From: Cyanidioschyzon merolae
Lineage: Eukaryota
Strand: one strand, 5' to 3'
DNA: 64,000 nucleotides
NCBI GenBank assembly: GCA_000091205.1
Contig: AP006493.2
Shown: in pieces, positions 11,301 to 21,497 of the stretch
How the letters are laid out: every line of letters starts with the position of its first letter
Position numbering within the stretch: the stretch's first letter is position 1
Translations under genes and position numbers: made by a program
The notes under the pieces: generated by a model
What the model saw: only the letters and a program-made list of their open reading frames with translations
What the model was told of the DNA's origin: nothing
Databases searched by the model: none

Positions 11301-12283
11301 AGGTCATGAAACAATCGTGGGCTTGCTTCGGGGCAACCGTTTGGCCCTGGCTTGTGCAGCGTTCAGCGCTTGCGTATCGGATGCGCTGGCAACCGTGGCT
11401 CGTTCAGCAACGACGCATCGGAGCCTGGCTTGAACGTATTTGCGGGCGACGCCTGATCATTCCAGAGGCAGCTCCGCTGTTTATCGAGGCGCGCTTGCCC
11501 TTTTTCCGACCGGTTTCACTGGCGGAATCGCTCCTACGATTAGAGGGCGCGGGAGCATCACTGGAACACGTGCTCCGCTCCGCAGGCAGACACGTCTGGA
11601 GCGCGCTTCTCGATATGGATTCCATGGCGACGACAACGACGACGTCAGATGTCACTGCTGCGGTCGATGAAATGAAACAAAGCGACGAGCAGCGTCGTCA
11701 GCGCCTCGTAGCCTACTGGCGAGCCCTTTTATGCAACGAATATGCGGCTTCATGTACGGAGGTTGTCGCACCGGGAGCATTGCGTGCTGATCACGCGACA
11801 TCCTTGAATCGTGCGGAAAGCGCGTTCCCCGACGATGACCCGCTCATGGAAACGAGCTCGCCTGTGTCATCGTTCGAGGAGAGCATCGCGTATGCGGATC
11901 CTCTGTGCCTTGTGATTCTCGAACGAATCCAACGGCAATATTCGTCACGGACGCAACGCCTCATAGCGCTACACCAAGCACTTGATGAGGGATCACCGCA
12001 CACACATTCGAAGCGTTCGCTCCGCTGGTACACTCGCTGTATCGGACTCGTGCAGGGTGCATTCGGTGGGATCATGTTGGCGCTGTTGCCACTGATCCCG
12101 CTGGAGCAGGCAACGTTGTGCTTGGATCGGCTCCATACGATCACGTCGCTTGCCAGACAAGAGTCCAGCGATCAGCGCATAACCGGTGCCTTCGTAAGCA
12201 GCCAAGATCGCCAGCGAGACCTGACGCTTCTGAACGAGCTCTGTGAGCGCATACGCCTGGAGCTCTTGTGCTTTCCTGCATAG
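8363..12283 (+). CDS. Large hypothetical protein (1306 aa), probably alpha-helical/solenoid, no recognisable catalytic motif
   Basis: A 3.9-kb uninterrupted ORF in a compact genome. Its codon usage resembles the identified genes. I recognise no conserved domain by eye. Confidence 0.6.
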   Translation: MLPERDPTRLVSLHTRVAEAQRLARSWFQEVSGSQRYGQQRAVSGATAVRVHSNEPIPEQVQRLLTQGSLREIDVVLETLLSEWARASEQTCTSIARALRSCLPQVRNGAECFVARFAWRLVALDETSARVLLLAAAHSDREELACAVAALADRAYLERSAVALPAMPEYELVRQTTNIAVAYLQAVMTPSTASRARRIFLRYALPSNLAQAALYLLLQYRGDQFPSEEFSLILERFPQPDVSMLLWYLVRMEAFLSGTASVPDPSVIAGVGQTRSMLSRRDAFREHRDSAAVLLLLHDWHALERYGSVWFSSMGPSKEQLNDLYDWKRVDVRLFWTVRILGSSTNSEHLSHVADLSDALEALLERTQSLFPRTRALCQTIGHVLALESNLEKLAEWLWSQESERIPLPLFVSYLFAVHQPQVQGAVILKLAHRNRLSHGKTQYPIEVLYVVIAALLVTLRTGELVTGLNICLFIDCMQSFVQNNEVFLKTFLPCIQLVFGEALREAREQHRLAWERLWVTILGRLALRLPRAQRLLEQGLSRALNRDHQYATSVLSLYMKSVRDLCSSVPARGMQLLALIQAVVLRMRETNAGHDAIAYALEALDHLVQAQLMDPAKTLRFLLQQMPLSAYKSNRWPALLANAWFGLLTSILREYPWQPTRRAHRLLRVLLWLLHDCESDPRAALALTRLGYRVWYAAQWWEHQQAPRHTAGALPSNDADLSGEAELLESLPHLMPNDQWTPRSIERLARYIQFAVDPALTEQVPLLPVLEASDAFYGLARMLIHGAWAHRSRAAYHARRLRLGRSRDSQAYLQRELTSLREYADSLPTLSPIRLVMNLVLDMEQNAPLALVSAQLMATCGATLRSGLSYEALYAMCGASGNTSESGGAARLARLLCVWLLAPSSNSSETPSESFWRLLDFDLRPYQIVLQPDEDALLEQMLRRFWMAPLWSCVSQGVEGATGAATAAAPTDPADDLLEVMKQSWACFGATVWPWLVQRSALAYRMRWQPWLVQQRRIGAWLERICGRRLIIPEAAPLFIEARLPFFRPVSLAESLLRLEGAGASLEHVLRSAGRHVWSALLDMDSMATTTTTSDVTAAVDEMKQSDEQRRQRLVAYWRALLCNEYAASCTEVVAPGALRADHATSLNRAESAFPDDDPLMETSSPVSSFEESIAYADPLCLVILERIQRQYSSRTQRLIALHQALDEGSPHTHSKRSLRWYTRCIGLVQGAFGGIMLALLPLIPLEQATLCLDRLHTITSLARQESSDQRITGAFVSSQDRQRDLTLLNELCERIRLELLCFPA

Positions 12284-12556
12284 GGCGTTGCATATGCGTC
12301 CATTGGCACCTGGCAGCATGCCCGTTGAACAGCGGCAGCAGCGCTGGTCGCCCGGCGGGCGAGGCACTTACGAACACGGATATTCACTGGAAATGAATCG
12401 GTTGTATGTGGGTACAAGGCTCCAGGTGGACTTGTCGTACGCACGCCAGCCGTCTCTAAACACGCACAGCACGGACTTGGTCTCTGCTGGAACAGGGCAT
12501 CACCAGACTTGTACCTATTCCGTAGAACGTGCACAACCCGCGCTACCTCGAACGTG

Positions 12557-12928
12557 CTAGGCCTCGAAGGAGGCCCACGCTTTGAACGACTCGTGCAGGG
12601 TCACTCGGAGTCTGCCCTGGAACGAGAGGAGCGTCCGCAAACGGCTATGGATGTGCCGCGCCATAAACTCAGTGGTCGTGTTCTGTCCACGAAACTCCTC
12701 GAGGTCGTCCAAGTTGCGGCACTGATACGGTTCAAGAGCAGTGGCTAGCGCCTTGGACGCTGCCCCGATATCGATGACCCAGTTCGTGTCTGGCTGGAGT
12801 GCATCGGCGAAGAACTCCGCCTCCACTGTATACGTTGCACCGTGTAGGTTCTGGGCGCACCCGAAAGCTTCACCTCGAAAGGAGTGCGCAATCATAACGG
12901 AGTCGCGTACGCCCACACAGAAAGGCAT
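12557..12928 (-). CDS. 6-pyruvoyl-tetrahydropterin synthase / QueD-family protein, divergent (123 aa)
   Basis: 'IAHSFRGEAFGCAQNLHGATYTVEAEF...DTNWVIDIGAASKALATALEPYQCRNLDD' matches the PTPS fold pattern (SxxHRL...C-x4-HGH-x-Y-x-V...TGMV.D...L...LDHKNLD). The canonical HGH and D-H positions are replaced here by H-G-A and Q-C. Confidence 0.65.
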   Translation of the reverse strand: MPFCVGVRDSVMIAHSFRGEAFGCAQNLHGATYTVEAEFFADALQPDTNWVIDIGAASKALATALEPYQCRNLDDLEEFRGQNTTTEFMARHIHSRLRTLLSFQGRLRVTLHESFKAWASFEA

Positions 12929-12951
12929 TGCTCGACAGCAGGGAGTACCGG

Positions 12952-13013
12952 CTACCAGTAGCAGCAGCAGTAGCAGCAGTAGCAGCAGTAGCAGCAGTAG
13001 CAGCAGTAGCAGT
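12952..13013. repeat. (AGCAGCAGT)n / (AGC)n microsatellite, ~60 bp
   Basis: A direct read of 'agcagcagtagcagcagtagcagcagtagcagcagt...' lying just 5' of the PTPS-like gene start. Confidence 0.9.
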
Positions 13014-14424
13014 GTGACGTCGTAACTCGCGCAGACCTGGTGTCGACGAAGAGAATATGGCTACTCAAAAGTGCATCGCGCTTGCGCGTGAGCGACTAGA
13101 CTAGAACGCGCTCTACAGGAATGGTGAATGCGTCCGGTTCCTGGAGGCTCGTACCAGTACCCCCCGGAACAACGACAAGACCAACGACATCTCGGTTCGA
13201 AAAAGGGAGCGCTCCCAATGCACCGGTTGCCTTTACGGAATGCTGTTGGTGGCGGCACAACGGAAGCTGTTCGCGGAAACGCGTCGAGGGCATACGGGCA
13301 TCGTCAGGTGCTACGGCAAGCGCCCTGACGTCCTCAGTGTATTCGAGGTATCAGCGGGAATCATTTGGTGTAGGCGTAATGCTCCGTCGATGCTGCTAGC
13401 GCCGAGTCAAGGACAGTCCTCGGGTGGCTGCAGTGAACCCGTGAGCGTCCGCTTTGTATGGGCGGCATTCATCCATACGAGAATCGTTTCCTGGAAACAT
13501 TCGACACTGCCTCAAGTACATTGGGCTCCCTAATGGACATGCAGCATCGGCAATGACACGATACGCTCGGTGATCCAAGCATGTATTCAAGGTTCATATG
13601 GAATGTATGTGTGCACATAGTGGAAAGCATGTACTTGTCGAACGCGATGCTTCACGACGCGCTGTGTATACCCGATTCCTGGCCAAGCTACAAAGCTCCG
13701 TGCATGAAGCAGCGTCGTTACACCCGAAAAAAGCGTCCATGATCGACATTCGCATCATCGCATCATTGATTCGAGTCCATCTGGGAGCGTGTTCACGGAC
13801 CAGAGACACTCCGTCGGTGCTGAAGTATACAATTCTGGTGCGATAGGCGCCTCGCCTGGGACGATGTGCCGGACATCCGTTCAGAGTCGCTCGCAGTGTG
13901 GACAAACGCCCAGTTTTGATGAAAGTCTGCATGATCATGCGCCCGAGGCAACTGCGCAACACCACACGAAACGCCACGGGGTCATTTCCGATACGGCACG
14001 CAACTCAGCGACGCTAATACGAGGTTCGGCAATCCTAGAGGCAGAGCGCCTCACCGAAAACTGCCTGAGGTCGTACGTTGCCTCCATTTCTGGCAAACGC
14101 TGCGTACCCATGAAGCGTAGCGCACCATGAAGCCGGTGTCGCATTGCTCTACCTCGTCTTGGCGAGATTCAGCAACACGGTTATCCAAAAACAAAGCCGC
14201 ACATTTGCTTCCCGTTGACAGGCTTCCGTGTTGCGTCCCAAGCACGTCAAACGCTGCACGTCGTGTTGACGTTGCCGGCAGTGCAGCGCGCTGCAACATC
14301 GAACGTACGAAGCACCCGATCTCTACGCTGACTTTCCGCGCTGCTCGGGGTATTCTCGTTTCCATTGCTGGTATCAGCAGGTTCACCTGCACGTTGTCAA
14401 TGGAAGCGTGATTGCGCTCTGCAA

Positions 14425-15264
14425 TCATAGCGACTGTCGTTCATTCGCCGCAGCTGCAGCCGTTCTCGCCGACCATGACAAAGTCGTCCGCGGATTTGAC
14501 GCACCCACATGGTGCGATTCCTCGCTATCCGTATCGGAGAACGAATCCGTGTCTGAATCATTCTCTATAGGCTGTTGCTCCCTCGGTACCAGTCCGAGAA
14601 AGCGCAGAACGGCCGCAACAGGCGGCAATCGGAGCGAGAATGGTGTCAGAGCAAGCAGTAACAAGAGACGCCAGAGGCCCAGGATTCGCTGCAGCCACTC
14701 TGTGAACCAGGACTTGGGTCGAAAGTGTTGCAGAGCACCCCGCAACTCCTCTCTTAAAAATGTTAGATTATAAACGAGTCCAAACACGCTGTCAAAGAGA
14801 ATATGGATGGTGCGCATATTCTCCTCCAGAATACCGGTTACTCGTGCGATTGCGTGCATAACGTTCTGCAGGGTCGCCATTGCCGACTGACCGGGAGCCA
14901 TGACGGACTGGAGCACCCCCAGCGCCTGAGATGTTGTCGAGTGCCCGTCATTCACGACACCATTGGTGAAACGGCTCGCTAGTGCTGCGTACCCGCCATA
15001 GAGCCCAGAACCGAGACCTCCGTAGTACGTCCCCGGGCCGTAAAAGTTCCCCAGATAACCGCCACCCATACCGTAGCCTCCGTAGTAGCCCCCGGTATAA
15101 CCAGCACCACCGTAGCCACCTCCGTAGCCACCACCGTAGCCACCTCCGTAGCCTGGCAGCATTGTGGTCGCTTGTCGAGGCGTGCTCGTTGCACCTTGGC
15201 TAGTCTCTGGTGCAGTTCCTTGGTTGCCCGAAACACCGGCGTGATTCGCCTCAGACGACGCCAT
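14425..15264 (-). CDS. PEX13: Peroxin-13 (PEX13) without an SH3 domain, plant/protist type (279 aa)
   Basis: An N-terminal YG-rich tract (GYGGGYGGGYGG...YYGGLGSGLYGG) is followed by 'SQALGVLQSVMAPGQSAMATLQNVMHAIARVTGILEENMRTIHILFDSVFGLVYNLTFLREEL'. That region aligns with the PEX13 N-domain (FQSIESIVHAFASVSMMMDATFSAVYNSFRAVL). A hydrophobic segment 'LWRLLLLLALTPFSL' follows. Confidence 0.7.
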   Translation of the reverse strand: MASSEANHAGVSGNQGTAPETSQGATSTPRQATTMLPGYGGGYGGGYGGGYGGAGYTGGYYGGYGMGGGYLGNFYGPGTYYGGLGSGLYGGYAALASRFTNGVVNDGHSTTSQALGVLQSVMAPGQSAMATLQNVMHAIARVTGILEENMRTIHILFDSVFGLVYNLTFLREELRGALQHFRPKSWFTEWLQRILGLWRLLLLLALTPFSLRLPPVAAVLRFLGLVPREQQPIENDSDTDSFSDTDSEESHHVGASNPRTTLSWSARTAAAAANERQSL

Positions 15265-16134
15265 GAACGCTGTGTGCTGTCCTGCTCAATTCAAAGGCAC
15301 ACACGATGCCCACGCAGTCTCGCTACCATGTACACAGAACACCCACTTTTTTAGGAACACGTCACAGCGTGCAAAGCTCGAGACGCGTTCCCGGAAATGT
15401 CGAGGCCAGGGCGCTGCGCACGACACCGCCTTGCGACGTGCCGCCTCTCGTCGTCGTGAAACCCTCGAAAAGCGGTACGTTTGCCGCGTTCGTGTTGCTT
15501 GGGAGGAGGCGTCTCGTCTTTCGCGTGAGCAAGAGCTGTAGATGCACGACGGTGAGCGTGTGAATGTATGAGCGTGGTTCAGGTGTTTGAATACGGTAAT
15601 CAGCGAAACGCTTTAGCACCACAGGGCAATGGACTCGCTTTTCGTTCTGTAGTTCTCTTGCTTGGCGAACAGTTTTGAATATACGAACAGTTTCACTAAA
15701 ACTGTCTTAAGACGAAAAGATGCACCGAAAAAAACCAGGAATGATGGCCATTGCGTTCTGAACAGAAGCGGGACACCTTCACGTGCACCTGCACCTGTCC
15801 GGTACTCGAACGCCACCTCGTCGTGAAGCGCAGGCATAAGCTTGCGTATCCAACGCGATAACCTGTCGCTATCGGGTGCTCGCACTATCTTGTATCGGGC
15901 TAGCTCACATCGAGCGCACACATACACACAAACTCGCCACGTTTACAACACGCTCAGGATGCAGGTTGATCTCAGAGACTTGCGGCGACGGGCTCATGAC
16001 GCCACCACTCGACCAAGCTGCGGCGTACGCAGACACATGTTGTACCATCGGGCACTGGAGCGCGTGATTCACCACCCCGTATTGGAAATGGGCGCTCTCG
16101 ACTGCCCTAGCTCCAACCGTGACACCGTAAACGC

Positions 16135-18099
16135 TCATGACGACTGCTCGAGGGCGGCGGCGATCGCCTCCAAGTTATCCTGATTCATATCCTCGGCCAT
16201 GGCGAGGATGTCAAGTCGATTCATTGCGATTGCAGCGGTTCGCAAATATGACCAAATGTGCAATGCTCTAGGATTGCGCTGCAGCGCCTGAATATAATAT
16301 CGAATGGCCTGCGGGTACGAGCCCTGGTTCGCATACGAGGTACCCACATTGACCCAGGCTCGTACAAAGTTCGGTCGCCGATCAATGGCGCTGCGGTAGG
16401 CTCTGAGCGCCTCCATACTCCGAAAATGGTTGGCTAGCGTCGCCCCCAGACGGTTCCATAGGCGGTAGTCATCGGGGCGGAGCTCCACAGAACGGCGGAA
16501 AGCTAAAACCGCTGCGTCGTAATCGCGCATCAACGAGTGCACCACACCGAGCACCGAGTAGAGGTCGGCATCGCGCTGAGCATCGTTATGACGACTGAGA
16601 AGATCCTGGACTCTCTCCAGCAGCGCCCGTTGTCGTGCATACAACTCGTCGACTTGACTGGTGGGCGTGGGATACGTTTCGTCCGCAGGTGACGCAGAGG
16701 AAACCGGTGCAGCCCGGGCAGAGGCAGGTTGCACCTGCGCACTAGGATGCAGATCCAACCATTGCTGCAGATATCTTAACGCTTGGGATGGATTCAGCTC
16801 ATTGGTATACGAAACCCCGAGACATAAAAGCGTATCTGCGATCATATCGTCGCCCTGTGCTTCATTGTGTTCACATTCCAGGGCTCGTTTCAAGCTGGCG
16901 ATGGCCTGTGGATCCTGGTCAGACTCCGCATGGGCGACGCCCAGAAAATACCATGCGCGTGAAAGTTCTCGGTCGAGTTTGACGGCCGCCTCGAAGGCCA
17001 TAATCGCCTCGGCAAGTCGACCTTCTGCGTACAAGCGCTCGCCTTCCGCAAGCGCTGCCAGTGCTGCAGCCCTGTTGTCAGCGGTCTGCGATTCGCGTCC
17101 CTCGTCTGTGAGGTAGCGATTCTCCTCGGCGGTGTACTGAAAACGATAAGCTGTATCGTTCATCGCTCTCCCGTACGCATGTAAATAGTCGTCGTCGAAT
17201 GTGTCGTCTAGATCGACGCGTGCTTGACGGAGCAGTTCCTCGAAAGACAGACTCGAAGGCGTCTCAGCGTCAACGCTCGCAGCAGGTGCATCTGTCGAGA
17301 CCTGCGTATGCGCTGTGGCTTGTACATCGCGCTGCTCTGCTTGTCCTAAACTTGCAGAAGTCGCACTCTGTTCCAGCTCGTCGCGTTGCTGGTCGGTTTG
17401 GTGCACCTGTTCAGTCTGCGTTTCTGGAGCCCGGCTCACATTACTCCAGTTCGAGGCAAAATTCTGCGGGCCGTAAAATGATGTGTAGCGCGGAGCGTAC
17501 GCTGACCTGTATGGACCGCTCCAGGCCATAGGACGCATGCCTGGCTCCAGGTGCTGCTGCGCTCTACCCGAAGCAGTGCTCGCCCAAGCACGGTCAAGCG
17601 GTGGCGCTGCCGACATCCCACCGTGGTGCTTCGGTGCAGCACCAAACTGGGATGTGTTCCAGGCAGCTTGCATGGAATGAAACGAATTCGGTAGATGCGT
17701 CTGTGCAGCCTGGCCGTGTGCGGGCACTGGTCCAGCGCCGTGTACCTGAAGTCTCCCAAACTCCGCTACAAGTGCAGGCGGTGGCGCTAGTGCGCCTGCA
17801 CCCTGCAAAGGCACGCCCCGCGCGGCAAGCTCCGCAGCGAGCTCAGGCGGAAGCGGCAGTTCTAGAGCCGCTTCGCCAGGTCTCGGACCCACGAACACAG
17901 GACCCTGGTTCGTTGGTGCTGGCCCCCAGGCACGCTCGCGGGTCCCAGCCGCGGCACCGAGTTGCCCGAGCCAGGCACCCGCGCCATCTGGCACAGCACT
18001 GCCTCCGCTCGCTGAGCGACCTTCAACTCTGGCCGCAGAGACGTCATCTGGAGCGCAGACTTGTGACGGGGCCGCAGCCGGGTGCCACGAACTAGCCAT
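16135..18099 (-). CDS. PEX5: PEX5, the peroxisomal targeting signal-1 receptor (TPR protein), 654 aa
   Basis: The C-terminal TPR region 'LWNRLGATLANHFRSMEALRAYRSAIDRRPNFVRAWVNVGTSYANQGSYPQAIRYYIQALQRNP' closely matches the PEX5 TPR6-7 consensus ([46 protein letters not shown]). The N-terminal half is disordered with W/F-containing motifs. Confidence 0.85.
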   Translation of the reverse strand: MASSWHPAAAPSQVCAPDDVSAARVEGRSASGGSAVPDGAGAWLGQLGAAAGTRERAWGPAPTNQGPVFVGPRPGEAALELPLPPELAAELAARGVPLQGAGALAPPPALVAEFGRLQVHGAGPVPAHGQAAQTHLPNSFHSMQAAWNTSQFGAAPKHHGGMSAAPPLDRAWASTASGRAQQHLEPGMRPMAWSGPYRSAYAPRYTSFYGPQNFASNWSNVSRAPETQTEQVHQTDQQRDELEQSATSASLGQAEQRDVQATAHTQVSTDAPAASVDAETPSSLSFEELLRQARVDLDDTFDDDYLHAYGRAMNDTAYRFQYTAEENRYLTDEGRESQTADNRAAALAALAEGERLYAEGRLAEAIMAFEAAVKLDRELSRAWYFLGVAHAESDQDPQAIASLKRALECEHNEAQGDDMIADTLLCLGVSYTNELNPSQALRYLQQWLDLHPSAQVQPASARAAPVSSASPADETYPTPTSQVDELYARQRALLERVQDLLSRHNDAQRDADLYSVLGVVHSLMRDYDAAVLAFRRSVELRPDDYRLWNRLGATLANHFRSMEALRAYRSAIDRRPNFVRAWVNVGTSYANQGSYPQAIRYYIQALQRNPRALHIWSYLRTAAIAMNRLDILAMAEDMNQDNLEAIAAALEQSS

Positions 18100-19184
18100 G
18101 CTGCGTAGGCTTCAACCCTGTGCACCAACGACAGTACCAACGCTCTGAAACGGTCGAGTCAACCAGGTGAACGTTACGGAACCGCAGTCTTCCAGGAGAA
18201 AACTCCCTGAGGTGAATTGAAAGGGTAAACAAGCTTGAAGTTTAGGCTGTGCAAGTCTCCAGCGCTGATATGCACCAACGCACAAGTCAGTTGTGAAGAA
18301 TGGCAAGAACTAGTACGTCAGGAATGCGCTGAGGATGAACGAGGCGTGGCAACGCCCTGCTAGTCGATAGTTGCCTTTTATGACGTATGATCTAGTATCC
18401 TAGTTTGTACCCTGGAAGAGCGATTCCTATCGACTACGAAAGAAAATCTGAACTTGTCTATCAAAAAACGAACACAATCCACGAATAGAAGGCTAGGACT
18501 GCTTTCGGGGTTCAGTGCTGCTGGGTCGAGAAGGCGACCCGCGGGATACTGGACTTTTCGGTGGGCGCTCGCCTTGCCACCAAACGCACCACGATGAACG
18601 GCGTACGGAGACACAATGGCACTGCCGTACCCGTCCGAAAGTCGGCTCGAGGCACCGTTCACCCGAAGCGGTGACGTCTTTCGTGGCAGTTTCGCTCTCC
18701 GCAAGTTGGTGCAAGCAGGCTAGCTGGCGCGGAACGACGCACTTGGGGAACGCAACGACCTGGATGTAATCTGGGTGCCAGGCGCCCTGCTCCTTGTCGC
18801 GTGAAGCAGGCTTTAAAATCAAACTGTGCGGGCTTTGAAAAGGCAACCACCACTGTGGGAGCGCGTCGAGCACTGGCCCAGCGTGCTTGACTCTTGACTA
18901 TGAAACGGTTCGTTCCGTTCATCGAGCTAAACCTGCTGTTGACCACTTTTGGGCGTCGTCTTTTCCAGCATGCGACAGAAGCGAATCTCTGTGCAGTGTA
19001 GTGCGGGAAAGGCACGAGCGCTCCGTTCAGTTACTGGGCATCTTCAGCAAAACGAAAAGGGCTCTTCTACGAATAAACTTGTAGGCGTCGCATGGTGATC
19101 ATGAGCACCGTCGAATGTACCGTAATCACCGCTAGGCAGACAAATGATGACGTGGACGATAGGGATGGAGACCTGCTCCAATCT

Positions 19185-20457
19185 CTAGACGGCAATGCGC
19201 TCTTCAGCAGGAGAGCCAGAGCTGGACGCTTTCTGAACCACCTTCTGTGAGGTTTGGTAGCTTCGCAGCATTGCAAGATCCTCCTCAAGGCCAACGTCGT
19301 CCTCTGGATAAGCAGGGCCACCATGACGCGAGGTATCATTCCCAAGAATTCCCACCTCCGGCGGGACGCGTAGCAGGCCGAGAAACCTGAGGATCAAGAA
19401 GTAGCCGCCGATATTCATTCCCACAAACGGCCAAACGTAGAGAATCTCCGTCAGCTGAGCAGCGAGCTGCTTTCCATAGCCATAGAATACACCCCCCTGA
19501 ACCATCGTACGAGCCATAAACCATGGCGACGGTATCAGGCTTTGCGAAAAAGCCGGGAATGAGGACGCACCGTGTGCCTCCGAACGCGTGGACGGTAACG
19601 GCGCCGAGCGGGTCATCGATACGCAGCCGCTGGATGAGCTTATCGCCGAAAACCCAAATCCATCCCGCAATAACCCCGCAACACAGCGCCGAGTACGTCG
19701 GAATGGTCGAACAGGGAGATGTAACCGCCACTGTGTCGCTGATAGAGCCATTCACCATGGAGGCGCAGTCAAAGTACTTGTCCACGAATCGCGCGATAAT
19801 CAGCGTCGTGATCCCAGCAGATGCAGATAAAACGAGTGTGTTCACAGCAGCGAGCGCTACCTGACCTGCATTCGAGTACACTGTCGGTACACCGTTCTTA
19901 TTGAAGCCACCGCGCACTGCGCTACCAACCTTACCACCATCCGCGTATGATAACACACCCAGCTGCGAACCCGGATTGAAACCGAACCATCCGAACCACA
20001 GCAGGAGACCACCGAGCACAATCAACGAGATGTTATGACCGGGAATGGGACGGACCTTCCCGTTTTCATCGAAACGCCCAATTCGAGGTCCGATGATCAC
20101 TGCACTGACGAGTGCTCCAGCACCGCCAGTGATATGCACCACGCCGCTGCCAGCAAAGTCAATGGAGCCCGCGGTACCGTAGAAGCCAAAGCTGCCGATG
20201 ATATGACCGGTCGTTGGATTTGTGACTTTGTTGTAGAACAGATTCAGCCATCCGTTGGCGTTCCAGATGGCATGAGAGATCACTGGGTAGACAAAACCCA
20301 TCATGAGTGCAACGAACCCGATGTAGGCGAACACGCGAACCCGCTCACAGATCGCTCCGGCAACAATGGACGCGGCTGTCAGGCAGAAAGTGAACTGGAA
20401 CCACCACAAGAGAACCGGTAAAAGGTCGAACGCAAGGGGAATGGTGGAATACCACAT
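19185..20457 (-). CDS. AMT: Ammonium transporter (Amt/MEP family); reading frame broken by a 1-bp frameshift in a homopolymer near 19492-19497
   Basis: Frame 1 (20457..19336) carries Amt motifs ('ASIVAGAICERVRVFAYIGF', 'GAGALVSAVIIGPRIGRFDENGK', 'DDPLGAVTVHAFGGT'). The C-terminal Amt segment ('GGVFYGYGKQLAAQL...GLLRVPPEVGILGNDTSRHGGPAY') continues in another frame (ORF 19185..19751). The frames meet at a G6 run; removing one G yields ...YDGSGGVFYGYGKQL... Confidence 0.8.
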
Positions 20458-21497
20458 TGTGGAGTAGACAGACGTCGTCAGACGTCCGTGGAAAAGTCTT
20501 CAATGATTGGACAAAGAGGGTGCTGTTGTATGCGCCTCCTCCACGAGCGACACTGAGGCGGCCGACTGCATCAGCTCCCCCGAGAACAAGTGCTATCCAC
20601 GTTCTTTTCGAGTTCGATCGTACGTGGAACGGGTTCCATGCTCCGCCAACAATCATATATGCTTTGATGATTTCGTCCGAAGCAAGCCTCATCAACTGAA
20701 AAAAGCAAACCAACGTCCCGCTGCTGTGTATCGTTACTGATGTTCCAGGAACGCTGTCGTTACGAGTTTGGTGAAAGATCACCGTGCGTGAACTAGGAGT
20801 CTGTTGCAATTGTATCCCAGTGTGTTCTGGACCATGCGAACAAGCTCTCGGGAATCAGAGATGCCTGTGGTGGCAACTTCTATGATCCTGTTTCCTCCTC
20901 CTGTAAGACGATCAACGGGTCGTGTTCTACGATTAACCGCAACCGCTCTTTGATAATACAGGTTTTTGTCCCAAAGCGCATATACATGTTTGTTTCAGGC
21001 TTCCTCAACCATCAGCGTACTGTGTTATGTGTGACGAGAAAGAGGAATCCCGTCCTGCTTTCACTGTTCAGTAAAGAACATATATCATATAGGCAATTCT
21101 TCGACATCGATAGGATACGTTGCACCGTGATTCCGATCCCCAGCTATACACCGCAGCGCATGTGAAACAAACTTGAGAATCAAGTCCATGAGTCGCTGCT
21201 CGCGCCCCAACGAGACGATTGTTCTAGAGTATCCGGAGCTTGCGCTGCTGCATTGACATGCGTACCCATGGACAGGACTGACAGCAGAGACAAACCAGCT
21301 AACATAAGCGCGTTCAATGCTAGTCGGTTGCGTGTCTGCTGCACAACATCGTGCCGACCATGCGTACGGCATTGGTCAGCGTATAACAGGTTTGAGCGCA
21401 CAGCTTGCACCATAGGTCTAGTGACGGGAATCGTCACCGTGGTATCGTGTGGGTCATGCACGGGGTACTGCTGGCGCTGTCCACTCATGCTGTTGGC

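Noticed and set aside
12929-14424. Several 65-127-aa ORFs between the PTPS-like gene and PEX13.
   Set aside because: No conserved motifs. They are probably promoter or intergenic sequence.
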